This document shows positions 18,740 through 26,915 of a stretch of 64,000 nt of DNA, in pieces (the stretch's first letter is position 1; each line of letters opens with the position of its first letter). Made by a program: the position numbers and the translations under genes. The notes under the pieces were generated by a model that ran no database searches, was not told the DNA's origin, and saw nothing but the letters and a program-made list of their open reading frames with translations. Location of the stretch: positions 29,512 through 93,511 of IMG/VR virus record IMGVR_UViG_3300035698_007281; one strand, written 5' to 3'. The DNA comes from a virus.

Positions 18740-19783
18740 ATGAATAGACAAACTCTCGTTGACGCCATGGCCCAGGTGTTCCCCGCTGTGGCGTCCAACC
18801 CGACCGCCGAGGAGTGCGTTGACTTCCTCTTCACCGGCAACAAGATACGGGCCAGTGACGGCCAGATCCTGATCGAGGCCACTCTACCTGAGGACGCCGG
18901 TCTGGGGTGTCGTGTTCCGGCCGACGGGTTCTTCAAGTACATCCGGGCCATCCATGACGAGGAGATCAAATTCGACCTCGACGAGACGACCCTTACGGTC
19001 AAGGCCGGGCGGAAGAAGTACAAGACCTCCGTGGCCATGGATCCGAAACAACTCTCGAAGCTGACCCTCGAAAACATCGATTGGAAGCCGGTCCCCGCTG
19101 GCCTGATCGAGGGGATCCGCCGGGTTCGGTTCGCCGCCGCCAAGACCACCTCCCAAGGTGCGCTTTGTGGGGTGCGTGTCGAGGACAACCACGTCATGGC
19201 CGCGAACGCTTTCCGGATCGCGGTCTTCACGATGGACGATGCCGTGATGGAGGACGGTGGATTCAACGTGACCCAGGAACTCGCCTCCCAGTTGGTTCGG
19301 TATGAGTGTGAGATCACCGAGTGGGCCTGGAAGTCCGGGGTGTTGTACTTCCGAACACCGACCCTGGTCATCGCCGCCCTGGCCCTCTTCGGGCAGTACC
19401 CCGACGTGATGAAGTGGGTCGAGGACACCGAGGATCTCTCCATCGAGGTCAACCTCCCCGAGGAGACCCGTGAGTCCCTCCGGCGACTCCAGGCCCTCCA
19501 GAAGGAAGAGGCGACCTTGGACCAGGAGGTGTTGGTCTCGTTCGCCGAGGGCGAGATGACCCTGACCTCCGAAGGCCGCGACGGATCCTACCGCGTGGAC
19601 GAGAAGTTCGATGTCCCGGCCGAGGTCGCCCCCATGAAGTTCAAGATCCATCCGGGGTTCTTCTCCGACATCCTCGGCGAGTCCCAGGTTGTCAAGGTTG
19701 TCAAGGTGGCTGAGAACGGCCAGTTCGCCCGGTTCGAGTCCGAAGGGTTTGTGTACCTTTCGGCCACCGAACGTGTGGGATGA
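18740..19783 (+). CDS. DNA polymerase III beta-clamp-like protein
   Basis: ~347 aa; IRASDG, VRFAA, VMAANAFRIA, GQYPD; clamp loader is present in the window. Confidence 0.8.
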   Translation: MNRQTLVDAMAQVFPAVASNPTAEECVDFLFTGNKIRASDGQILIEATLPEDAGLGCRVPADGFFKYIRAIHDEEIKFDLDETTLTVKAGRKKYKTSVAMDPKQLSKLTLENIDWKPVPAGLIEGIRRVRFAAAKTTSQGALCGVRVEDNHVMAANAFRIAVFTMDDAVMEDGGFNVTQELASQLVRYECEITEWAWKSGVLYFRTPTLVIAALALFGQYPDVMKWVEDTEDLSIEVNLPEETRESLRRLQALQKEEATLDQEVLVSFAEGEMTLTSEGRDGSYRVDEKFDVPAEVAPMKFKIHPGFFSDILGESQVVKVVKVAENGQFARFESEGFVYLSATERVG

Positions 19784-19878
19784 TCGCTACAATGTCTTGG
19801 TTGTCGTTTCGTGTGTTGTGTCTCCTCGTGGACCCCGGTCCGGTGACCCTAATCACCGGGCCGGGGTTTGGATAAACA

Positions 19879-21117
19879 ATGGGAATTAAAAACTCATTCT
19901 TCTTCACGCCGGAAGAACTGTCGAAGACGGTCATCAAGAAGGCCGCCCGCCGGACCCCCACTCGTGGGTGTCAGGATTGTGGCCTGGATCGCCTGTGTCG
20001 ATCCGGTAGGATGGATCCCGCCGGTGGTGGTGACTTGGGGATCGCGGTGGTCATGGGATTCCCAGGCGATGAGGAGGGCCGTATCGACCGGCCGATGGTG
20101 GGCCGCCAGGGCGCTTTCCTCCGGAAGCATTTCCGGAAGGTGGGGATCAGCCTGGATGACGACTGCCTGAAGGTCCACGTCCTCCAGTGCCGGACCCCGA
20201 AGGACCGGCTTCCGGAGGGGGAGGAGTTGATGTGTTGCCGGTCGAGAGTGACCAAACAACTCCGTGAGTTCAAACCGGATCTGATCTTCGCCTTCGGGAC
20301 TCCTGCCATCTCCGAGATCCTGAGGGACGCCCCCTTCAGCGCCAACGCCTCCAACATGCACGGCCGGGTCGTCCCGTCCCACCTGTGGGGGTGTCCGGTG
20401 GTGTGTGGGTTTGCCCCCTCGTTTTACCTGTCCGAGAGGCAACGGGGAGAGAAGACCGGGAAGTTCGACGCCCGGATGACCGAGGCCATGAGGTTGGGCC
20501 TGACCGCCCTCGCCGGTCCTCCCCTGGTGGATACACGCCTCGACCCTGTCGGGTTCGAGATGGTCGAAGACTTGGCCGGGGTGGAGCGCCTCCTGAACCG
20601 CCTGACCGCCGAGAAGAAGCCCACGGCCTTCGACTGGGAGACAAACGGCCTCGACTCATTTCAACCTGATGCCAAACTCCTCCTGGCCTCCCTGGCCAAC
20701 GTTGAGGAGACCGCCTGGGTGATCCCCCTGGAACACCGCCAAGCGCGATGGTCCCCCGAGGATCTGGTCCAGGTTAAGGAGTACCTGAAAAACTGGTTGG
20801 CCGGGCCGACGCCGAAGATCATACAGAATTGGCAATTTGAGGAGGTGTGGTCTGTCGTCAAACTGGGGACGACCATCAAGAACGTGGTGGCCGATACGAT
20901 GGTCCGCGCCCACATCCTGGACAACCGATCTGGTGTGACCAAACAGGAGTTCATGGAGTTTGTCCGGTACGGGGAATCAGGACACAAAGGATCCGTGGAT
21001 CGGGCCGCCCTACACCACGAGTACCTCGACACGGTGGCCCGATATGGTGCGCTTGACGTGAGGTACGACCTCCGGATATATTACGATCAACTCGCCGAAC
21101 TACCTATGGAGTTTTGA
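19879..21117 (+). CDS. DNA polymerase A N-terminal part: UDG-family-4-like domain plus 3'-5' exonuclease
   Basis: CQDCGL, GFPGDEE...PMVGRQG, AFDWETNGL (ExoI), QNWQFE (ExoII), YGALDV (ExoIII). Confidence 0.85.
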   Translation: MGIKNSFFFTPEELSKTVIKKAARRTPTRGCQDCGLDRLCRSGRMDPAGGGDLGIAVVMGFPGDEEGRIDRPMVGRQGAFLRKHFRKVGISLDDDCLKVHVLQCRTPKDRLPEGEELMCCRSRVTKQLREFKPDLIFAFGTPAISEILRDAPFSANASNMHGRVVPSHLWGCPVVCGFAPSFYLSERQRGEKTGKFDARMTEAMRLGLTALAGPPLVDTRLDPVGFEMVEDLAGVERLLNRLTAEKKPTAFDWETNGLDSFQPDAKLLLASLANVEETAWVIPLEHRQARWSPEDLVQVKEYLKNWLAGPTPKIIQNWQFEEVWSVVKLGTTIKNVVADTMVRAHILDNRSGVTKQEFMEFVRYGESGHKGSVDRAALHHEYLDTVARYGALDVRYDLRIYYDQLAELPMEF

Positions 21118-21119
21118 TA

Positions 21120-23399
21120 ATGCCTATTCTTGTTGGTGATTGCATCGAAGTCCTCGCTACCCTACCCTCCGGCCACTTCCACACCTGCATCACGTCCCCG
21201 CCCTACTGGGGCCTGCGTGACTACGGAACGGCTGAGTGGGAGGGCGGGGACGCGGAGTGCGATCACAGAAGCCCGGCGCAGGAGGCGAGTGACCGAACAG
21301 CCCTCAGAGTGATGCGGCTATGCCCCAAGTGCGGCGCTCGCAAAACCGACAAGCAACTCGGCCTCGAACCCACCCCCGCCGAGTACGTCGCCAAGATGGT
21401 CGCCGTGTTCCGCGAGGTCCGGCGCGTGCTGCGGGACGACGCAAGTCTTTGGCTTAACCTTGGCTCATCTTACGCTTCTGGTGATATACATCCCAGCCAG
21501 TCTCCCCTGCTTCGGCGTGCTTCTGCATGTGACACCGATGGCACAGCACGGCAAGGTTCTCAATGCGATTGTCTCGCCGGTCACGGTTCCGATGATGAAC
21601 ATCCAACCGGGACTCAGACCCGTCGTGACTGCAACACTCGCACCGACCAACCTTCTCCGCGAGAGCATTCAGGCCCCGCTTCGTCAAGCCGCGATTCGGC
21701 TGCGTCGAGTGAAAGCGAGCCACCTGCTCCCGCTTCTCTTGACGGCGTTCCTTCGTCCACCATGCGGCAATCTTCTTGCCAACCTTCGGACGCTTCCGAC
21801 CTCGGAGCCAAGGCTTTGGCTTCCCGGCTGTCGCCTCAGACATCTTGCGGCAACAATCCTTGGTCCGCTCATATGGGCGACTGCACGCCCGGCACGTCTT
21901 CGATGTCGCCGCCATTGGCTGTCCGCACTCAGGGCAAGGAATCTTTCTTCTCGGCATGTGGTCGCTCCGACTGTCAAGGAATAGGACGGTGTGGCTTCTG
22001 TTGGTGTAGTTTAGCAATCCCATCCCTTGCAGTCAAGCAAAAAGACTTGGTTCCGATACCGTGGCTGGTCGCCCTTGCCCTCCAGGCAGACGGCTGGTAT
22101 CTCCGCCAGGAAATCATCTGGTCGAAGCCCAACCCCATGCCGGAGTCCGTCACCGACCGCTGCACCAAGGCACACGAGAGCATCTTCCTGCTCACGAAGA
22201 AGCCAAGGTACTACTACGACCAGGACGCGATTCGGGAGCCACACCAGGACGCACATCGGGAAGCCAACCGCCCGACTCGGCGAGCCAACTTGAAAAAGGC
22301 CGTTGCTGATGGATGCCCTACATACCACACCGAAGATCACCAGCCGTCCATGGATCTCCCTATGGCCGGGCACGCCAATGGCCGCAACAAACGCTCCGTC
22401 TGGACCGTCAGCACCAGGCCGTTCAGCGGATGGTCTGAAACCTACCATCTGGCCCGTGTGGAACCGGGTGACGCTTCCGGTGGCACGAATCGCATAGAGT
22501 CTCCAGGTTGCCCAGTGCATGATCGTCAGGATCGTCAAGATGGTGGACGTTCAGGCGATCATCCGACCCACACTGGCAGCAGTGGAACTGATCCCGTTCA
22601 AGAGCAGCCTGCCGCGCCGTCGAGTGCTTCCACGCCCCGCGCGAGTTTGCATCCTCCCGATGATTCGGGTTCGCAGGCCCCTGGCAGTTCTCAGCCTGCC
22701 AAGCCCCGTAGCAATCGAACCCGCAAAACGGGCCACGCTCCTGCGACCACTTCGCCATGTACGCCTTCCGGTGAAACACCTGGCCGCACTGACGGCACGT
22801 CAGGGTCACCCGATCCCGCTGGGCCTGGTGAGAGCACGCCCGAGAGCAGAACTTGGCCGGATGAGATGGCCGCTGATTCACTGGATCAAACGCCGCACCA
22901 CACTGTTCGCAAGTCGTCATTGCCAATATCTCCTAAATGCACCTGTGTATTCTACCACAAGATAACCAAGAAAACAAGCCACTTCGCCACCTTCCCGCCC
23001 AAACTCATCGAGCCCTGCGTACTCGCCGGAACCTCCGCCAAGGGATGCTGCCCGGAATGCGGGGCGCCGTGGGAGAGAGTGGTAGAACGCAAGGCCATGG
23101 TCATCGACCGCAGCTCTCGCACGCACAGCAGGGGCCAGACCAGGAGCAGCGGAACGATGGTCGAGCCCCCGAGCAGCACCACGACCGGCTGGGAACCCGC
23201 CTGCCAGCACGACCAGCCACCCGAACCCTGCCGCGTCCTAGACCCCTTCGGCGGGGCAGGAACCACCGGCATGGTCGCCGCGCAGCACGGGAGGGACTAC
23301 ACCCTAATCGAACTCAACCCGGAGTACGCCGCCATTGCCGAGGACCGGGTTGGCAAGGCCGAGTGGTCCTATGAGAAACGAAGGAAGAGGTTTTTTTGA
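21120..23399 (+). CDS. DNA N4-C/N6-A methyltransferase (beta class) with two ~185-aa insertions
   Basis: GDC, TSPPYWGLRDY, WLNLG, IIWSKPNPMPES, HFATFP, LDPFGGAGTT, IELNPEY. Confidence 0.9.
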   Translation: MPILVGDCIEVLATLPSGHFHTCITSPPYWGLRDYGTAEWEGGDAECDHRSPAQEASDRTALRVMRLCPKCGARKTDKQLGLEPTPAEYVAKMVAVFREVRRVLRDDASLWLNLGSSYASGDIHPSQSPLLRRASACDTDGTARQGSQCDCLAGHGSDDEHPTGTQTRRDCNTRTDQPSPREHSGPASSSRDSAASSESEPPAPASLDGVPSSTMRQSSCQPSDASDLGAKALASRLSPQTSCGNNPWSAHMGDCTPGTSSMSPPLAVRTQGKESFFSACGRSDCQGIGRCGFCWCSLAIPSLAVKQKDLVPIPWLVALALQADGWYLRQEIIWSKPNPMPESVTDRCTKAHESIFLLTKKPRYYYDQDAIREPHQDAHREANRPTRRANLKKAVADGCPTYHTEDHQPSMDLPMAGHANGRNKRSVWTVSTRPFSGWSETYHLARVEPGDASGGTNRIESPGCPVHDRQDRQDGGRSGDHPTHTGSSGTDPVQEQPAAPSSASTPRASLHPPDDSGSQAPGSSQPAKPRSNRTRKTGHAPATTSPCTPSGETPGRTDGTSGSPDPAGPGESTPESRTWPDEMAADSLDQTPHHTVRKSSLPISPKCTCVFYHKITKKTSHFATFPPKLIEPCVLAGTSAKGCCPECGAPWERVVERKAMVIDRSSRTHSRGQTRSSGTMVEPPSSTTTGWEPACQHDQPPEPCRVLDPFGGAGTTGMVAAQHGRDYTLIELNPEYAAIAEDRVGKAEWSYEKRRKRFF
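21454..21957 (-). CDS. HNH endonuclease nested antisense in methyltransferase insertion 1
   Basis: GGAG RBS and ATG at 21957; CPECG..TCRAC zinc finger; RCECC..LDVHH..DRRDNRIENLAVLCHRCH..H. Confidence 0.85.
   Translation of the reverse strand: MPRRKIPCPECGQPMAATSKTCRACSRPYERTKDCCRKMSEATAGKPKPWLRGRKRPKVGKKIAAWWTKERRQEKREQVARFHSTQPNRGLTKRGLNALAEKVGRCECCSHDGSESRLDVHHRNRDRRDNRIENLAVLCHRCHMQKHAEAGETGWDVYHQKRKMSQG
22008..22036 (-). promoter_or_regulatory. antisense promoter for HNH 1
   Basis: TTGACT-N17-TAAACT at the right junction of insertion 1. Confidence 0.7.
22423..22920 (-). CDS. HNH endonuclease nested antisense in methyltransferase insertion 2
   Basis: AGGAG RBS; two CxxC..FCxxxC zinc fingers; ALERDQFHCCQCG..LNVHH..GNLETLCDSCHRKRH. 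Confidence 0.88.
   Translation of the reverse strand: MTTCEQCGAAFDPVNQRPSHPAKFCSRACSHQAQRDRVTLTCRQCGQVFHRKAYMAKWSQERGPFCGFDCYGAWQAENCQGPANPNHREDANSRGAWKHSTARQAALERDQFHCCQCGSDDRLNVHHLDDPDDHALGNLETLCDSCHRKRHPVPHGPDGRFQTIR
22949..22977 (-). promoter_or_regulatory. antisense promoter for HNH 2
   Basis: TTGTTT-N17-TAGAAT with extended -10 TG, at the right junction of insertion 2. Confidence 0.7.
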
Positions 23400-24763
23400 T
23401 GTCCAGTAAAGGCCTCGACATGATGGACGCGGACGCCCTCTTCCATGAGGCCATTCCGGTTTTTGCCCAGATGAAGATCCGGGGTGTCCAACTGAACCTC
23501 GGCAAACTGAACGAACTGGACGCCGACGTTCTCGATGAACTTGATGAGGTTCGCCGTGCGATGTCCGGCCCTGAGGCCAAACGGTTCCTGAAGAAGTACG
23601 GCCGGGACTTCGACTCCGGCAAGGACGCCGACAAGCGGAAACTCTTCCTCGGCCTCTTGGGGTTGAAGGCCTTCCGAACTACAAACGAGAAGGGGAACAT
23701 CGATACACCGGGCGACTGTTCAGTTGACGCTGAATCGATCCGCCATCTGATGACCCAGGTCAGTGAGAACTCGTCAACCTACCGACTCCTGGAGGCTTGC
23801 ATCGACGAGGCCCACCTGATCAAGTTGAGGGGGTACGTTAAGAACTTCCGGAAGATGGCCGACCCAAACGGTCGCCTTCATCCATCGTTTCTCCTCCATA
23901 TCGTGTCGTCCTTCAGATCCTCCAGCGCTGATCCCAACTGGCAGAACATCCCGGTGAGGAACCCGGTACTGGCCAGGATCCGCCGGACCATCGTTCCGAC
24001 CTACGACTACTTCATGGAGATGGATTTCTCCGGGGCCGAGGTGCGTGGGTATGGTGTCCACACACTTGACGCCACACTGATCGACAACATCCGAAACAAG
24101 GTTGACTTCCACCGCAAGTATGCCGGGCTTTTGTACGAGAAGCCTGAGGATGAGATCACTGGGGAGGAGCGATTTCAAGGGAAGAATCAATTCATCTTCC
24201 CGGAGTTTTATGGGTCGTACCATAAGTCCATTGCCAAGAAGAATCCCCAGTGGAGGGCGAGGGCCGTCGAGAAGGCCGAGAAGATTTTGTGGGATGACAT
24301 GCCCGACGTTAAGCGTTGGCAGGAGGACACGGCCGAGGATTACTACAAGGACGGTTACATCGACTACCTCACCGGCTTCCGGATCAAGTATGGGAAGCGC
24401 GGGTTCCTGACCTTCAACCAGATCTGTAACCTCCCCAACCAGGGGTTCGCCTTCCACCGCCTCCTTCGGATCCTGATCAATGTTGAGAATGAGATGAGAC
24501 GCCGGAACATGAAGTCCTGGATCTGTGGCCAGATCCATGACTCGGTTGTGGTTGACGTTGTCAAGGAAGAGGCCCACGATCTGATGGCGATCTTCGAGAC
24601 CCACGTCCGGAAACCGTGTTGGGGTTTCGACGATGTGGTCCCGTGGGAGGCGGAATACAAACTGGGGAAGAACTTCGTTGATTCGATAGAGGTGGAGACT
24701 GGTGTGGATCTCGATGATCTGGATCTGCGCCTCATAGAGAAGATGGGAAAGGCCCTATCATGA
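23399..24763 (+). CDS. DNA polymerase A polymerase domain (C-terminal part)
   Basis: RSSSADPNWQNIP, motif A MDFSGAEVR, motif B K..F.F...YG, motif C QIHDSVV. Confidence 0.9.
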   Translation: MSSKGLDMMDADALFHEAIPVFAQMKIRGVQLNLGKLNELDADVLDELDEVRRAMSGPEAKRFLKKYGRDFDSGKDADKRKLFLGLLGLKAFRTTNEKGNIDTPGDCSVDAESIRHLMTQVSENSSTYRLLEACIDEAHLIKLRGYVKNFRKMADPNGRLHPSFLLHIVSSFRSSSADPNWQNIPVRNPVLARIRRTIVPTYDYFMEMDFSGAEVRGYGVHTLDATLIDNIRNKVDFHRKYAGLLYEKPEDEITGEERFQGKNQFIFPEFYGSYHKSIAKKNPQWRARAVEKAEKILWDDMPDVKRWQEDTAEDYYKDGYIDYLTGFRIKYGKRGFLTFNQICNLPNQGFAFHRLLRILINVENEMRRRNMKSWICGQIHDSVVVDVVKEEAHDLMAIFETHVRKPCWGFDDVVPWEAEYKLGKNFVDSIEVETGVDLDDLDLRLIEKMGKALS

Positions 24764-25017
24764 AATGCCCCTACTGTGGATCCCATGATGCCGTGTGGAT
24801 GTACCGAGAATGTTCAATCGGGTTCGTCCCTGAGATCCCCGATCCCCACTTCCACTACACCTGTCCTGATTGTGGTGGGAACTGGGCCACGCCTCTGTTC
24901 CCGAGGCCGGGTGAGGAGAAAACCAACCGGCTTCAAACCGCCCTTAAGATCGTGGTGGTGGCCACGGTTGCCTTGGCGACGCTTGGTGTGGCCGCTATCC
25001 TCGGCGGGAGGTTCTGA
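24760..25017 (+). CDS. zinc-ribbon membrane protein
   Basis: CPYC..CPDC plus C-terminal TM segment. Confidence 0.55.
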   Translation: MKCPYCGSHDAVWMYRECSIGFVPEIPDPHFHYTCPDCGGNWATPLFPRPGEEKTNRLQTALKIVVVATVALATLGVAAILGGRF

Positions 25018-25197
25018 TGGAGTACCCAACATGCCCTGATTGTGGGTTTGAGGACCAGGACTGGTGGGACGGCCTCGGCAACAAGGGCGACGGTGATTCC
25101 TGGAAATACGACTGTCCTGGGTGTGGGAATAGGTTGAAGGTCACCCTGTCACTATCCCCTGAGTTTGATACTGTACTTGTCGAAGGATGATTGAAAC

Positions 25198-26040
25198 ATG
25201 AGATACGCCGTCTGTATTCCAACGTGTGGCCGGACCGAGGTTCTTGAACGGACCCTCACCGCCGTCCTGGCCCAGAGGCCCGCCCCCGGTGCTGTGTGGT
25301 TGGTGGACAACAATGAGGATCCCACCTACCTGGACGCCATCCAACTCCCCGCCGGTGTGGGGAAGACCTCGGTGAGAAGTGGTGTCCCCCAATCAGATCC
25401 GGCCGGTTCAAATTGCGGTCTCCAACTTGCCGCCCAGTTCGGGTACGAGTACCTGATCAAATGGGATGACGACCTGATCCCCCTCCCTGGTTGTTTCAAG
25501 GCCCTGGTGGCCCCTCTGGAGTCCTACGACTCCGTGGTCGCCGTTGGAGGCCTTTACCCCTCTCCGGAGAACCAAGGGCGATTGTCGGCCCTTGTGGATG
25601 GCCAACTGAAGATCCCCGACGAACGGCCCAACCACCTCCAGTTCTTTCCCTGGGAGGGTAGACGCCGAAGGTTCGTCGTCCACCACCTCTACTCGTCCTT
25701 CGCCTACCGGGTGTCGAGGGCGCTCCTGGTGGGTGGTTTCTGTGAGGACTACTCCCTGGTGGCCCACCGCCACGAGACCGACTTCACGATGCGCCTGGAC
25801 GCTGTGGGCGACCTGATGGTCGATACCAATGCCACAGCCATCCACCTCGTTGAAGCCGGAGGGACGAGGAGGTTCTCTCAGATGGAGCGCCATGGGATGG
25901 TGAACCTGGACGAGGAGATCTTCCGCCGCCGGATGGTGAGGATGGATCTCCTGTGGAACCTGGACATTGAGACGGTCAACGCCGCCCCCTCCGACCCGAG
26001 GCACATGGTGGCCGTGGGTGGTATAGGCCCTTGCCGGTGA
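25198..26040 (+). CDS. glycosyltransferase family 2
   Basis: VCIPT, LVDNN, KWDDD, ETDF. Confidence 0.8.
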   Translation: MRYAVCIPTCGRTEVLERTLTAVLAQRPAPGAVWLVDNNEDPTYLDAIQLPAGVGKTSVRSGVPQSDPAGSNCGLQLAAQFGYEYLIKWDDDLIPLPGCFKALVAPLESYDSVVAVGGLYPSPENQGRLSALVDGQLKIPDERPNHLQFFPWEGRRRRFVVHHLYSSFAYRVSRALLVGGFCEDYSLVAHRHETDFTMRLDAVGDLMVDTNATAIHLVEAGGTRRFSQMERHGMVNLDEEIFRRRMVRMDLLWNLDIETVNAAPSDPRHMVAVGGIGPCR

Positions 26041-26123
26041 AAGTCTGAGGTGAACCTCCTGGGGTTTCGCTATACTGTGGCGTGGCCGGGATGATCTGGC
26101 CGGTACTTGTAAGGGATCTCTTG

Positions 26124-26678
26124 ATGACGAAACACAAGGCCAGGAATTGTAAAGAATGTTTGGTTTCTTATACACCAACGACGGGCAATCAAAAGTACTG
26201 TGTCGATTGTGGGGAAGAGGCCCAGAAGGTCAAGTCCAAGGAGTGGCACGCCGAATCTTACGCCAACCTGACCCCCAAGGAGAGAGAAGCCCGGTTGGCC
26301 TACTGCAGGGAGTACGATGCCAAACGAAAGGCCAACATGACCCCCAAGGAGAGAGAAGCCCAGAAGGTTAAGAGGCGGAAAACAAATAGGGCTGCAAGAA
26401 GCAAGACCCTCCGGTTCGATATCCTTGAACGTGACAACTTCACCTGTCAATACTGTGGATGGCAACCCGGCCACGGAGGGGGCCGCCGCCTCGAAGTGGA
26501 CCATCGGGATCCCCTGGCCGGTAAGAAGAGGCGATACTCCAAGGACGATCTCGTGACGGCGTGTAGTGAATGCAACGGCGGGAAGTCCGATAAGTTCCTG
26601 ACTCCCAGAGAGTGTTGTGGGTTGTCGTTCACCCGAGGCCGGGACTTCATCACGCATCGGGCCGAGGCCCACACATAG
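26124..26678 (+). CDS. free-standing HNH endonuclease
   Basis: LRFDILERDNFTCQYCG..LEVDH..DLVTACSECNGGK. Confidence 0.85.
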   Translation: MTKHKARNCKECLVSYTPTTGNQKYCVDCGEEAQKVKSKEWHAESYANLTPKEREARLAYCREYDAKRKANMTPKEREAQKVKRRKTNRAARSKTLRFDILERDNFTCQYCGWQPGHGGGRRLEVDHRDPLAGKKRRYSKDDLVTACSECNGGKSDKFLTPRECCGLSFTRGRDFITHRAEAHT

Positions 26679-26818
26679 AAAAACTTCGATGAACCCCCTG
26701 AGGCTTTGCTATATTAAGGAAAAACAATGGCCCTGATCCTGATGGCTATACTATCACTGAAGCCGGTGGCCTGGACCGAAGGCGATAAGACGTTCCTGGT
26801 CTACCATACTGACATCCC

Positions 26819-26859
26819 CCGGCTGGTCGAACTGAAGGAGACTCAACAATGAACCTGAT
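26819..26859 (+). repeat. 41-bp direct repeat, left copy
   Basis: ccggctggtcgaactgaaggagactcaacaatgaacctgat, identical to 28238-28278. Confidence 0.95.
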
Positions 26860-26915
26860 TCTCTGGATGATATTCTCACTGAAGCCGCAGCCCGCGAGGC
26901 GAAGGGAGAACTCAC

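Noticed and set aside
21477-22979. MTase insertions as inteins
   Set aside because: No splice-junction motifs (no C-terminal HN/HQ followed by C/S/T), no Hint-like sequence, and the endonucleases are on the opposite strand
21477-22979. MTase insertions as group I/II introns
   Set aside because: Each insert is almost fully occupied by promoter plus HNH ORF, leaving no room for a ribozyme core, and none was recognised by eye; not formally excluded without Infernal or RT-PCR
21100-23402. Target-site duplication or frameshift signal at the MTase ends (GAGTTTTGAT vs GAGGTTTTTTTGAT)
   Set aside because: Similarity is short and low-complexity; cannot be supported without an empty allele
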